Counted from the first letter of the stretch, positions 24,890 through 38,140 are shown. The stretch: 64,000 nt of DNA from Octopus sinensis (GCF_006345805.1 NC_043016.1:13454001-13518000); one strand, 5' to 3'. Translations and numbers: made by a program. Notes: generated by a model not told the origin, from the letters alone.

Positions 24890-25638
24890 AATAATATTAT
24901 TATTATTATTTTTAAAATTTTAAACTTTAAATTTTTTTCAAAATTAAAAAAGCAACTTATTTTATTGACCCAAAAGGGATGAAAGGCAAAGTCCACCTCA
25001 GCGGAATTTGAACCTAGAGCATACAGATGGATGAAATGTTGTAAAGCATTTTGCTCAATAACATACCAATTCTGTCAGCTTGCCACCCTTAATAAAGACA
25101 ATGATGATGATGATGATGATAATAATAACAGCAACAATAACAACATCAACTTCAACGGCAACAAGAACTACAGAATATTCTCTTCGTTGTCTGCTCTACA
25201 AAGCCTATTGTGAATCCAAAGTGAGTCAGGTTATGGAACAAACGCTAAGGTAACATGGAGAGGAAAACTCGGAGACAACATGAAGTGGAGTGGGGCAGGG
25301 AAAGGGGTTGAGGCACAAGAAGAAAAAAAAACTAAACAAAACAAAAACAAAGACAAATTGAATTTGTATTCCATTTCTACTGATTATTTGTTGGTTTATT
25401 CTTTTCAGTTTTTTTAATGTTTTATTTAATAGTTGACACCGTTGTTGTTGTTGTTGCTGCTGCTGCTATTGTTGTTGTTGTAATTGTTGTTGTTGTAATT
25501 GTTGTTGTTGTTGATGTTCTTGAGTTTGTGGAAACTGTTCTTTATTTCTGACTTCTGTCACCTACTACACATCTTTTTTTTCTCTCTTGATTATGATTTT
25601 ACTTACTTTCTTGCTGCTGCTGTCACTACTACTACTAT

Positions 25639-25690
<52 letters not shown>

Positions 25691-26217
25691 CACCACCACC
25701 ACCACCACCACCACCTGTACCACCACCATCACTACAAACACCACCACCTGTGCAACCGATACCACCACTACTACTTCTGCTGCTACTACTACTACTACTA
25801 TCACCACCACTGCCACGACCACCACCACCACTGCTGTTGTTGTTGTTATTAAAACTCTGTCTTTTGATCTGTTTTGAAATTTTCATTTAAAATTCCTGGT
25901 GATTCAAAACTGTTATCAATCGTAGAGAGAGAATCAAAGAGGTTCAGGTGGCAAAAGTACCTTTGATTTATAACTCTGATGCAAATATGACCATTTCTTC
26001 TTTCAAGAAATAACGATGGCTGTGTGGTAAGAAGTTTGATTCCTAGTCACATGGTTCCAGGTTCAATCCCACTGTATGACATCTTGGCCAAGTGTCTTCT
26101 ACTAGAGCTCTGGGGCTATAGTAGAAGACTTGTAAGTGAATTTGGTAGATAAAAGAAGCCCATGTGTATAAATGCCATGGTTTGCCAGGTGTACTGATAT
26201 TCTGTAACAGGTTTGAA

Positions 26218-26478
26218 CAGGTGGCACGTAAAATGCACCAATCCGACTGTGGCCGTTGCCAGCCTCGCCTGGCACCAGTGCAGGTGGCACGTAAAAAGCA
26301 CCCACTACACTCACGGAGTGGTTGGCGTTAGGAAGGGCATCCAGCTGTAGAAACATAGCCAGATAAGACTGGAGCCTGGTGCAGCCTTCTGGCTTCCCAG
26401 ATCCCCGGTCGAACCGTCCAACCCACGCTAGCATGGAGAACGGACATTAAACGATGATGATGATGATGATGATGATGT
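26218..26478 (+). mobile_element. retroposon family B
   Basis: GGTGGCACGTAAAA repeats, conserved 3' part and (GAT)n tail. Confidence 0.87.
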
Positions 26479-26800
26479 TCTTCTTGTGAAAAATGGACAG
26501 ATTTTCACAAATGCAGATTTGAACTGCAAAAGCAGAAATTTGATCTACAGCATTAAATGCCCAAATTGCAAGTAATTCTATATAGGTGAGACTGGGAATG
26601 CATTATCGGAACACTCATGAGTTCACAGACAACAAATCCAGAACACCAATGTTCACCAAATTCCATTGGGTGAACATATAGAGACATGTGGTCAGAAAAT
26701 GTTTCTAATTTTTCCTTTCCACAAACCACAAGACACAAGTGAGGTTGGAAGAAAGATAAAAGAAAAGCAGTTTATTAAAAGGTTCAGACCTGTTCTGAAG
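26479..26800 (+). pseudogene. Penelope-like (Neptune-type) GIY-YIG relic
   Basis: Translation NADLNCKSRNLIYSIKCPNCK*FYIGETG...VHRQQI...EKQFIKRFRP. Confidence 0.8.
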
Positions 26801-26964
26801 GGAAATAACAGCAATGATATAACAATCAGTTAATGATGTGGGTTAATAAATATAAACGAGCTGGGGTCATTTTCTGGGTCTATTGTAGAATAAATGCACA
26901 CATATATGTACATACATACACACACACTTTTGCCTGCTCCAGTATATATATATATATATATATC

Positions 26965-27482
26965 AACATCAATGGAAATTGCAGCTGTGATACCAGTGCC
27001 GGTGGCACATAAGCAAACCATCCGATCATGGCCGTTGCCAGCGCCGCCCCGAGTGGCACGTAAAAAGCACCACCCGACCGTGTCCGTTGCCAGCGCTGCC
27101 CCGACTGGCCTCTGTGCCGGTGGCACGTAAAAAGCACCATCCGATTGTGGCCGTTGCCAGCCTCGCCTGGCCCCCGTGCAGGTGGCACGTAAAAAGCACC
27201 ACCTGACCGTGGCCGTTGCCAGCGCCGTCCCGACTGGCCTCCGTGCCGGTGGCACGTAAAAAGCACCATCCAATCATGGCTGTTGCCAGCCTCGCCTGGC
27301 ATGTAAAAAGCACCATCCGTCCGTGGCCGTTTGCCAGCCCCGCCTGGCACCTGTGCCGGTGGCACGTAAAAAGCACCCACTACACTCACGGAGTGGTTGG
27401 CGTTTGGAAGGGCATCCAGCCGTAGAAACATTGCCAGATCAGACTAGCATGGAAAGTGGACGCTAAATGACAATGATGATGA
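26965..27482 (+). mobile_element. retroposon family B with about 6 VNTR units
   Basis: Repeated GGTGGCACGTAAAAAGCACCA.CCGA..GTGGCCGTTGCCAGC units, then a partly deleted 3' part. Confidence 0.88.
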
Positions 27483-27486
27483 TTAT

Positions 27487-27537
<51 letters not shown>

Positions 27538-27819
27538 GTATGTATGTATTCACACACACACACACACATATATATATAACTCCAAGAAAGTTAGAGGTTG
27601 TGAATCAACCCACTAAGGGATAATATCTATCCAATATACTGCTGGTAGAATACTCAATTATTAATACACAAGTGTTTTTAATTGCATTGCAATTACATTA
27701 CCTAGTGTACTAATGGGTGAAGGTAAAGAGATATTTTACCATTAATTTATATAGCAAAAAGAAAATGGAGAGGATCAATAGGTGGTTCATCAACTTTTAG
27801 ACATTATATTATGTTAACT

Positions 27820-28168
27820 TATCTAACTATTTTTAACTAATTTCTATATCTATCTAATTATTTTAACTAATTTATCCATTATCCATCTCGCCTCTCGTGT
27901 ATTCATCAACCATCGTGTATTCGCGCCTTCTTCTTCCGGACAATCTTTACTTAAAACGCAGCCCCAACTTCTGCTCTTTCATTCATTCATTCATCTAGCA
28001 GATAAGTTGAATGCTTATTTATTTATTTTCACTTCCCCATCAATCATACATGCTTTCTTATCTATCTAACTATTTTTAACTAATTTCTATATCTATCTAA
28101 TTATTTTAACTAATTTATCCATTATCCATCTCGCCTCTCGTGTATTCATCAACCATCGTGTATTCGCG
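27820..28168. repeat. 106-bp direct repeat (27820-27925 and 28063-28168)
   Basis: TATCTAACTATTTTTAACTAATTTC...CATCGTGTATTCGCG occurs twice and appears identical. Confidence 0.92.
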
Positions 28169-28670
28169 GTGCACCCGCCCTGCCCACCCCCACCACCAAT
28201 ACCTGATATCTCTATATTTTTGCTCCATCCATACCGGATGTCGCTTCTCCCACCACCATAATAGGTGTCTACTCTTCGAACCCCCCTCTTCAATACGCTA
28301 TTTCACCATGCATTACCCCTCTCTTGATATCCTACGTTCTACTTGCCTAGAACCTGTCATCATTTCTCTGAACCACACCACCCCACTGGTGCTCCCCTAT
28401 ATTTCTGCACCCCCCCACCCCACATAAAAAAAACACCATCCGAACGTGGCCGATGCCAGACCCCTCTGGCACCTGTGCAGGTGGCACGTAAAAAACACCC
28501 ACTACACTCGCGGAGTGGTTGGCGTTAGGAAGGGCATCCAGCTGTAGAAACTCTGCCAGACTAGACTGGAGCCTGGGGCAGTCCCTAGCTCCCCAGACCC
28601 CGGTCGAAACCGTCCAACCCGTGCTAGCGCGGAAAACGGACGTTAAACGATGATGATGATGATGATGATG
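28163..28670 (+). mobile_element. family B subfamily with long 5' extension
   Basis: Shares ATTCGCGGTGC.CCCGCCCT..CCCACCCCCACCACCAATACC, CACTGGTGCT.CCCTATATT and the GTGCTAGCGCGGAAAAC variant with 60917-61705. Confidence 0.8.
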
Positions 28671-29079
28671 AAACGAGTTACAGAATATCAGTATGCCTGG
28701 CAAACCATGGCATTTAAGCTGCATGTGGATTGGTTAAAACCATATTCCAAAGATTCAGCTTGCTGGAGCGTTGTAAGAGATACTAAAGTTGTCAAGAACT
28801 CAACTGTCAGTTACATACATTTTAAAATCTGATGATTACTCTAAGTATGAAAGCATTATTTTTTATGAGCATTGCAAAATATTTTTTTATTGTGTTAACA
28901 TATTATAATAAAAAACATGTGTGTGTGTGTTTATATGTCATTATTCAACAGACAACTGTTTATGATACGGAAAATATCTTCAGTGTTAACCCACAAAAAT
29001 TCCATCAGTTGTCACATTTTGCTGCTTTTCCTGCATCTCTGTCCCTTTTGTGCATCAGGTATTTGGTTGATATTTCCTG

Positions 29080-31900
29080 TTCATGAATTGCAAATGCATA
29101 CCCTTCAAAGTGGGAGGTAGTAATCCGGCTATTGGTCCATAATAAACTGCTTTGATGATCGATGTTACTATCATCACAAAGCTTTCTACTAACATATCCA
29201 TGCATAGTCTTCTGCTCAGGCTCATCCTTTCATCTGGTGATATGTTGAGGTAGAGTCATGTGACTTCTTTGGACATGTATTCTAGGTTATCAGACAAAGA
29301 GTGTTGCTCAAGGAGCTGCTTTCCAAGTCTTATGATGTTATCAGCCTCATGTATGCAAACTGGGTCAAGGGATGTACGTCAATGCTTGGTGGCTAAAAGA
29401 TGTTGCCAAAGGGATATGGTGCGACATTCAAAAGGTTTTTGGATCTGCCACTTTGTTTTCATTTTAGCTAGAGGCAGTCTACATCACTGTTTATCTGGAA
29501 ATTATGTGTTCTTGTTAGTATTTTTCACATCAATGGCTTGGATCTCATCAAGCATCCAGTCAAGCAGCCCAAATGTTGGTATGAGTACTGGCACTGCAAA
29601 CACATTGTGGGCCACTGTTTTATTGAATGCAGAGAGTTCTGAGGTCCAAATTGTCTTTATTTGGCTGTACTGTCCTTTAGTGACACATGTTTTGTTACAG
29701 GTGCCATTGTAAGATATATTTTCATCCACCCCTAGATACCTGTAACATTCCTCATCAGATGCAGGGGAAACAGTCAAATCATTAATGGAGATGTCATTAG
29801 TCTGGTTTATAATTTTTTACCCCTTTTCACAACCAGATAACATTTATCCTGACCAAACTCCAACCCTACATCCTTTGAGAATGTTGTAACTAGGTCAAGG
29901 CTCTTTTTCACCTCATGCATATTCTTTGCATAAAGTTTTAAGAAACAGTGTGTAATTTTGGTATTTGTTTCCTTGTGATCCAGTGAGAAACCCTTCAGAC
30001 TTCCTTAACACAAATGACAAAGGGTTTACAGAAAGTATAAACAACACAGAGAGGCTGTCTCCTTGGAAGATGCCTTTGCAATATAGTATTCTATCAGTGA
30101 TAATACAGTCACTCTTTGTGTTTAATTTCAAGATGGTGGCCCACAATGAAGTCAGGTCAGCTATGGCTTTAACTATTCTCACTGGAACTTTAGCAAGTTG
30201 AAGGGCTTCTAGCATCCATGAGTGGGGAACAGAGTCAAAGGCTTTCTTGTAGTCTAGCCATATTGAAACTAGGTTCCTCCTATGCTCTCACACCTCTGAC
30301 ACCACATATTTCCCAGACTCCCTTCTTCCCAGCTGCTTGTTCTGCTGTGATAATGTTATTGGTTTCACAATGGTCCAGAAGGAAGAGGTTTAAACATGCT
30401 GTTATATCTTACACATTAAGTTCTGGCATGCAATTGGGTGGTAGTTATTTGCAATGTGGGTGGTTCTGCATTTGGGGATCAATTTTGTTTCTGCCAGAGC
30501 TAACCATTGTGGTATGCTACTGTTCCCAATGAGAGCTTGTTGGTACAGATTGATAAGATATGGTTGGTAGAAAGTTAGCTTCTCGTACCAGTATCCAGCG
30601 ATCAAGTGTCTTTCAGGTGCTTTTCCATCCTGTAGTTTCTGGATCACAGTTGCAAGAGTTTCACCATCAATGTTGTATGTATGGGATATAACGCAGGAGC
30701 AATAGCTTCTTCAGATTTCTTCTAGCCACAGAGCATCTTGGTTAAATTCCTTCTCTTCACTCCAGGTTTTCCTCCAGAAGGAGTCTATGCCTTCTTGTGA
30801 AGGAGCTTCTGTGATATTTATTGTCTCTGTATAATGCCGCCTGGTTGTGGTTAAATTTTTTATTTATTTTTCTTCTCTCAGTTATTTTCTTCTGATGTTG
30901 GAGTTTTTCATTGACAACTTTAACTCCTGCTTTAAGGTAATCAGTTTGTGAGCGAATGTCCTCTTTTTCCTGTCTCCAAGCATCATTTCGATCTCCTTCT
31001 TTACTTTCTGTTGGTGGGAAGTATTGTGATTTGCTTGTTTGCCTGCAATAAGCATCATTACTGCCGGCATCAGTTGTTAGTTGTTGGAGCACTGCATCCT
31101 TCAAAACTTCCATGCTTCCTGAGATTCGCCAACACTACACCTGATTTTCTCCCCTCCATACACACGCAAGCATGTATCTGACTCATACACTGTTCGCTTT
31201 CCAGACATTTATACATTACTGCATATGCTTTATACGCACTTTTTGACAAGTTGTGGTGCACCTGAGCACTGTATACAATAATTTCATTATCATTATTATT
31301 ATTATTACATGACTGATGGTCTTCCATAAACCACTCATCTTTTTCCCTGTCTTCAAAACCCATGAAGACAGGGATGTAAAGCAGGAGCAATAAATTCTTC
31401 AGATTTCTTCCAGCCACAGAGCATCTTGGTTAAATTCCTTCTCTTCACTCCAGGTTTTCCTCCAGAAGGAATCTATGTCTTCTCGTGGAGTCGCTTCCGT
31501 GATATTTATTGCTCCTCCTGTCACGTCTCTGTTTAATGCTACCTGGTTGCAGTTAAATTTTTTTTTATTGTTCTTCTTTCAGTTATTTTCTTTTGATGTT
31601 GGAATTTTTCACGGACAGCTTTCTTTGTTATTTCAGTTTTGTTTACTTTTTGAATATCATTCACGTACAGTTTTACAGTAGTAGCCAGCGCATATAGACA
31701 GGTGTTAATCTGCCAGAATGTGGGTTCATCACACTGCTGTAAATACTCATCACCAATTTCGTTAACAACTTTTAATACCGTATCTGGTGAATATTTACTT
31801 ACTTTGGTACAGAATTCTCTCTCCTCAAGAAAGTCCTTCAAAGCCAAAGGTATTTTTTCTCAGAAAATTTCAGTAAGGGCACATTTCATTGGCATATAAT
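29080..31900 (-). pseudogene. degraded R4/Dong-clade non-LTR retrotransposon (RT region and upstream)
   Basis: Fragments KAPERHLIAGYWYEKL, NNYHPIACQN, KGIFQGDSLSVLFILSVNPLS and YRYLGVDE. Many stops and frameshifts; one internal duplication. Confidence 0.82.
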
Positions 31901-32026
31901 GCTGACCACCACTACTACTACTACTACAATAATCATTTTGGGTTGTCCCTGCTATTTATCATAGTCATTGTAGGGGGACAGTGGTCAGTTACTTGAGCCA
32001 GTAATGTAGTTTGACTGACAGGTACT

Positions 32027-32290
32027 ATGTATGTGTGTGTGTATGTATGTATGTATGTATGTATATATGTAGGTATGTATGCATGTATGTATGTATGTAT
32101 GTATGTATGCATGCATGTATGTATGTATGTATGTATGTATGTATGCATGCATGTATGTATGTATGTATGCATGCATGTATGTATGTATGTATGTATGTGT
32201 GTGTATGTATGTATGTATGTATGTGTGTATGTATGTATGTGCGTATGTATGTGTATGTATGTATGTATGTATGTATGTATATCTGTAAAT

Positions 32291-32322
<32 letters not shown>
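32027..32322. repeat. (TATG)n/(CA)n microsatellite
   Basis: Directly visible. Confidence 0.96.
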
Positions 32323-32323
<1 letters not shown>

Positions 32324-33034
32324 TAATCAAATGTTTAAAAATTGTTGTAAATTTTGAGCCACAAATTTCAGTAAGCTTTCAAATAATAATTTATTCTTCT
32401 CCTTAATCACCATCATTATCAATATCTTGGCATTTTTTTTACTTCATATTTATATATGTAGTAGTTGTTGTTGTTGTCATTGTTGTTGCTGTTATTGTTG
32501 TTACGATTTAATGAAGCAAAAACCAGGAAAAAACAAAAATCTGCAGAATGATAAAACAAGAAAATATTTTCAAGTCTAAAACGTGATGGAAGTTCAGTTC
32601 AAAGCATTGTTTTGATGTAGAATAATTGGCAGGAAACATTTATAAAACTCTGTCAATGTGTTGAAATGTACTTTAGTGAATAAAACCGATTTCTTTGTTA
32701 GGAGTTGCTTTTTATGAAGACTGTTCACAAAAACACACCCATTCACACACCCCTACATATCTTGTAATTTCTGTTGTAAAACCACAAAGAAATCTGCATT
32801 TATCAAGTTGGCTATTGCTAAAAAGTCTTTCATCATAAGTCTGCTCAGTCAAGACTGACATGTAACTAAACAAAGACGGCAACAATGTTAGCATGATATA
32901 ACTGATAAACATCTTTGAATCTGATGCTACTGATTTCAAATACTGTTTAGAAAGAGACAAGTTCCACCAGACTTAACTGCATTTGATACACTAACCTAGA
33001 AAGGAAATCTTTCAGTAAAGTCTCAATTATCTTG

Positions 33035-33735
33035 GATGTAAAGCAGGAGCAATAAATTCTTCAGATTTCTTCCAGCCACAGAGCATCTTGGTTAAACTCC
33101 TTTTCACTCCAGGTTTTCCTCCAGAAGGAGTCTATGTCTTCTCGTGGACTCGCTTCCGTGATATTTATTGCTCCCCCTCTCACGTCTCTGTATACTACTG
33201 CCTGGTTACTCTCTTTACTCTTTTACTTGTTTCAGTCATTTGACTGCGGCCATGCTGGAGCACCACCTTTAGTCGAGCAAATCGACCCCGGGACTTATTC
33301 TTTGTAAGCCCAGTACTTATTCTATCGGTCTCTTTTGCCAAACCGCTAAGTGACGGGGACGTAAACACACCAGCATCGGTTGTCAAGCAATGCTAGGGGT
33401 CAAACACAGACACACAAACACACACACACACATACATATATATATACATATATACGACAGGCTTCTTTCAGTTTCCGTCTACCAAATCCACTCACAAGGC
33501 ATTGGTCGGCCCGGGGCTATAGCAGAAGACACTTGCCCAAGATGCCACGCAGTGGGACTGAACCCGGAACCATGTGGTTGGTTAGCAAGCTACTTACCAC
33601 ACAGCCACTTGCGGTTAAATTTTTTTTTTATTGTTCTCCTCTCAGTTATTTTCTTTTGATGTTGGAGTTTTTCACTGACAGCTTTTAGCTCCTGCTTGAG
33701 GGCAATCAGTTTGCAAGTGAGTGTCCTCTTTTTGC
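33035..33735 (-). mobile_element. third copy of the LINE segment at 30708-30970 and 31375-31620, interrupted by a SINE
   Basis: GATGTAAAGCAGGAGCAATAAATTCTTCAGATTTCTTCCAGCCACAGAGC... resumes after the SINE at 33610. Confidence 0.85.
33208..33609 (-). mobile_element. SINE family A, young copy nested in a LINE fragment
   Basis: Near-consensus family A sequence. Confidence 0.92.
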
Positions 33736-33913
33736 TAATAGAAGTCATTCAGCCCAAAGTGCTGCACACAGGGACTGAACCTGGGACACAGCAGTTGAGA
33801 AGTAAACTTCTTATTTAACCAGCCATGTTTGTGCCCCCATGATAACTTTGTAATATTAGTAGATCTGAAACTATACAACCCATTATATATATATGATTCA
33901 TTCATACTACATG

Positions 33914-33945
<32 letters not shown>

Positions 33946-33957
33946 CATACATACATA

Positions 33958-34118
33958 CAGGAGTGGCTGTGTGGTAAGTAGCTTGCTAACCAACCACATG
34001 GTTCCGGGTTCAGTCCCACTGCGTGGCATCTTGGGCAAGTGTCTTCTGCTATAGCCCCGGGCCGACCAATGCCTTGTGAGTGGATTTGGTAGACGGAAAC
34101 TGAAAGAAGCCTGTCGTA

Positions 34119-34165
<47 letters not shown>

Positions 34166-34352
34166 GTGTTTGTGTGTCTGACAACCGATGCTGGTGTGTT
34201 TACGTCCCCGTCACTTAGCGGTTCGGCAAAAGAGACCGATAGAATAAGTACTGGGCTTACAAAGAATAAGTCCCGGGGTCGATTTGCTCGACTAAAGGCG
34301 GTGCTCCAGCATGGCCACAGTCAAATGACTGAAACAAGTGAAAAAGAGTAAG
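33958..34352 (+). mobile_element. SINE family A, small internal deletion
   Basis: CAGGAGTGGCTGTGTGGTAAG...GAAACAAGTGAAAAAGAGTAAGGAG. Confidence 0.92.
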
Positions 34353-34355
34353 GAG

Positions 34356-34386
<31 letters not shown>

Positions 34387-34688
34387 TTATACACATATAT
34401 ATATATATATATACACTTATACACGTATATATACACTTATACACATATATATACACTTATACACATATATATACACTTATACACACATATATATACATAC
34501 ATATTTATATACATATATATAGAGAGAGGGGAGAGAAGCAAATCCAAAATGAAAAACAGGAAACAAAAACAAAAGTCGATTGGGTGTACACAGTTAATAG
34601 ATTAGATTGACACTCAGTGAAAGTTGTAGATGGGAAAATAGGAGTGACATTTCAAACATAGCTTTTTGTTGAAACTACAAAGATAGAC

Positions 34689-34732
<44 letters not shown>

Positions 34733-35528
34733 ATATGGAGTGGTTGGCATTAGAAAAAGCATCCGGCCACAGAAACCAATCCAAACTCAGACTGGTGCCT
34801 GGTGCAGCTCTTTGGCTTACCAGTTCCAGTCAAACCATCTAACCCATGCTAGTTTGAAAAGCGGATGCTAAATGATGATGATGATGATGATGAAGTCGAT
34901 GGTGGTGGTGGTGGTGTTGGTGGTGGTGGTGGTGGTGGTGATGGCGGCGGCGGCGGTGGCGGAGGTGGTGGCGGCGGTGGCGGTGGTTATGGTGGTGGCA
35001 GTGGCGGTGGTGGTGGTAGATGGTGGTGGTGATGGTGGTGGTGGTGGTGGTGGTGGTGGTAGTGGTGGTGGTGGTCGATGTAATGATGATGATGATGGCA
35101 GTGATGATGATGGTAGCGATGATAATGGTAGCGATGATGATGATAGATATACTATGTATGCTCCTACCTCCTGATTTCTCCTCCTTTCTGAACGACTTCT
35201 CACCTCACCAACCTTTCTCCACCTGATATTTTTCCCATCAAGCCACACCACTACTTTGGCTCACCATTTGCTACGTTCACCTCTACACTCAGTTCTAACC
35301 CTCTGTTACTCTTCACTCCACTCCGACTCACACTCTTATGAAACTATCTGCCCTCTCCTCCCCCACCTGTAATCCACTGCTTACCTTCTCTTCTACCTGG
35401 AGAGTTTGCCCTGGCACCCCATCACCACCATCTTCATCTTCTACCCAGCTAAGGCTGTTATTTACTCACTCAATCACTCTCTTGTTCTCTCTTTTACTAT
35501 ACATATATATATATATTATATATATGTA

Positions 35529-35939
35529 GGGCGCAGGAGTGGCTGTGTGGTAAGTAGCTTCTTTACCAACCACATGGTTCCGGGTTCAGTCCCACTGTGT
35601 GACACCTGGGCAAGTGTCTTCTACTATAGCCTCGGGCCGACCAAAGCCTTGTGAGTGGATTTGGTAGACGGAAACTGAAAGAAGCCTGTCGTATATATGT
35701 ATATATATATGCGTGTGTGTGTTTGTGTGTCTGTGTTTGTCCCCCTAGCATTGCTTGACAACCGATGCTGGTGCGTTTATGTCCCCGTTACTTAGCGGTT
35801 CGGCAAAAGAGACCGATAGAATAAGTACTGGGTTTACAAAGAATAAGTCCCGGGGTCGATTTGCTCGACTAAAGGCGGTGCTCCAGCATGGCCGCATTCA
35901 AAATGACTGAAACAAGTAAAAGAGTAAAGAGTAAAGAGT
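35529..35939 (+). mobile_element. SINE family A, full length
   Basis: GGCGCAGGAGTGG head to (GAGTAAA)n tail. Confidence 0.92.
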
Positions 35940-36254
35940 ATATATATATATATATATAGGACGAGTAAAATTCCTGAGATCCATGGATGATTTCTCTCCA
36001 GCAATCTTTGTCCCTCAGCATCACTGCCATTAAATGTCACTGCTTGCATTGGTCAGCTGAAATTTGATGAGGCAGATTTTTTAATGGCCAGATTCTCTTC
36101 CTGTTACCAACTCTCACCTTTTTCCGAGTAAATTAATATTTTCCCCCTTGTCCTTCAAGCACAAAAGAGTACGATGACTGGACATGATTTTACAGGAGAT
36201 CGCAAACAAACGACACAACTGCTATAACAGTGATATTCATTTATGACTAGAGAG

Positions 36255-36617
36255 GTTCTGGGTTCAGTCCCACTGCGTGGCATCTTGGGCAAGTGTCTCC
36301 TGCTATAGCCCCGGGCTGACCAATGCCTTGTGAGTGGATTTGGTAGACAGAAACTGAAAGAAGCCCGTCGTATATATGTGTATATATATGTATGTGCGTG
36401 TGTTTGTGTGTCTGTGTTTGTACCCCTAGCATTGCTTGACAACTGATGCTGGTGTGTTTACGTCCCCGTCACTTAGCGGTTCGGCAAAAAGAGACCGATA
36501 GCATAAGTACTGGGCTTACAAAGAATAAGTCCCGGGGTCGATTTGCTCGACTAAAGGCGGTGCTCCAGCATGGCCGCAGTCAAAATGACTGAAACAAGTA
36601 AAAGAGTAAAAAGAGAG
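36255..36617 (+). mobile_element. SINE family A, 5'-truncated
   Basis: Begins just before the B box (GGTTCTGGGTTCAGTCCC). Confidence 0.9.
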
Positions 36618-37666
36618 TGATGTCAAGGAAAGAGAACTCCAGCTTCATGTATACATTTCACACTCACTCACTCACTCAAAAAAGCTTTTTTCATCTTTCA
36701 TCAACTAAATCCACTCACACGGCTTTGGTCAGAATAGGACAATAGTAGAAGACACTTGTCCAAGTGCAGTGGGATTGAGCTTGGGACCACATGGTTCACA
36801 AGTGACCTTCTCAACCACACAGCTACGCCTATGTCAAAACTTTGCATCAGTTAAATTTTTCTGAAAAATGCATGCAAGTTGCAACTTTTCATCTTGGCTG
36901 AAATCAACAATGGAGCCTCTGCACTACAAGAACCAGCAGCCAAATCTCACTGCCAATTTAAAACAAAGTGCGTAACGGTTAAATACTAACCTCTCCACCA
37001 TGAAGACAGAGACTAGATCTACCTAATGTTTATATGCTTCCACTGCTGGTTGCATATCCTTCACTTTTTGCAAACAACACCTACCAACATTATTAAGTCA
37101 TTCCAAGTCTCCAGAAAGTTATATAGATAATTTTGTATGACTTAATAGAGCTGTTGCTGTTTAGTTAGGTATTTATGAGGGGTTGTAACTTATGAAATTT
37201 ATGAATACAGTTATACATTGGGTAAATGTGTTTGAAAGTTGTAGTTCCTTTGGTTTGTTTGTTCCCAAACAACACTTATTTTAATGCTATTGACATCACC
37301 GGATTGAATGCTACTGCCCAGGTGTCGAAACCATAATGATATCTATGGGGCAGCTGATGATGGGGATATGTTGGACTGTTGATATGGCTGTTTTTGTATA
37401 TGTGGAATAGCATTATTGGATTGTCGGTATGGTTGTGGAATAGTATTATATAACACATCCTTTTGCCATCGTCATCATCATCATCATTTAATGTCCACTT
37501 TCCATATTGGCATGTGTTGGACAGTTTGACCAAGGACTGGCAAGCCAGGAGCTGCTCCATACTCCAATCTGATCTGGCAATGTTTCTACAGCTGGATGCC
37601 CTTCCTAATGCCAACCACTCCAAGAGTGTAGTGGATATAAATATTATATATATTAATTATATATAT

Positions 37667-37744
<78 letters not shown>

Positions 37745-37857
37745 TAGATATATTTACATAGATATATATATACTTTTAAATACAAGGGTAAAAATTATTA
37801 AATAATTTATAACAATGGTTAGCATGTGTAATAAAAGTCAGAAGACAAATATTTTTT

Positions 37858-38140
37858 AATATAATAGTGTATAAAAATATACAGAGAGAAAACCACCAAG
37901 TGGAGTTCTTACATGCTAAAAATGGCAGTCAAAGCCCAAAACCACAAAAAAATCATTCTTACATTAAAGCACATTGCTTAGAATTTTTATTCACTCAAAT
38001 CTCTTGCTTGTGTACTAGCAACGTGCTTTAATGTAAGAATGTTTTTTACGTGGTTTTGGGGCTTTGACTGCCATTTTTAGCATGTAAGTAATCCACATGG
38101 TGATTTTCTCTCCGTATATATTTCATATACTATTATATAT
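37858..38140. repeat. fold-back palindrome, ~120-bp arms and ~35-nt loop
   Basis: CTTACATGCTAAAAATGGCAGTCAAAGCCC..CATTCTTACATTAAAGCAC pairs with GTGCTTTAATGTAAGAATG..GGGCTTTGACTGCCATTTTTAGCATGTAAG. Confidence 0.92.

Noticed and set aside
25204-25220. 17-nt micro-exon ending at GTGAGT
   Set aside because: The AAG acceptor is weak and such matches are expected by chance in 64 kb.
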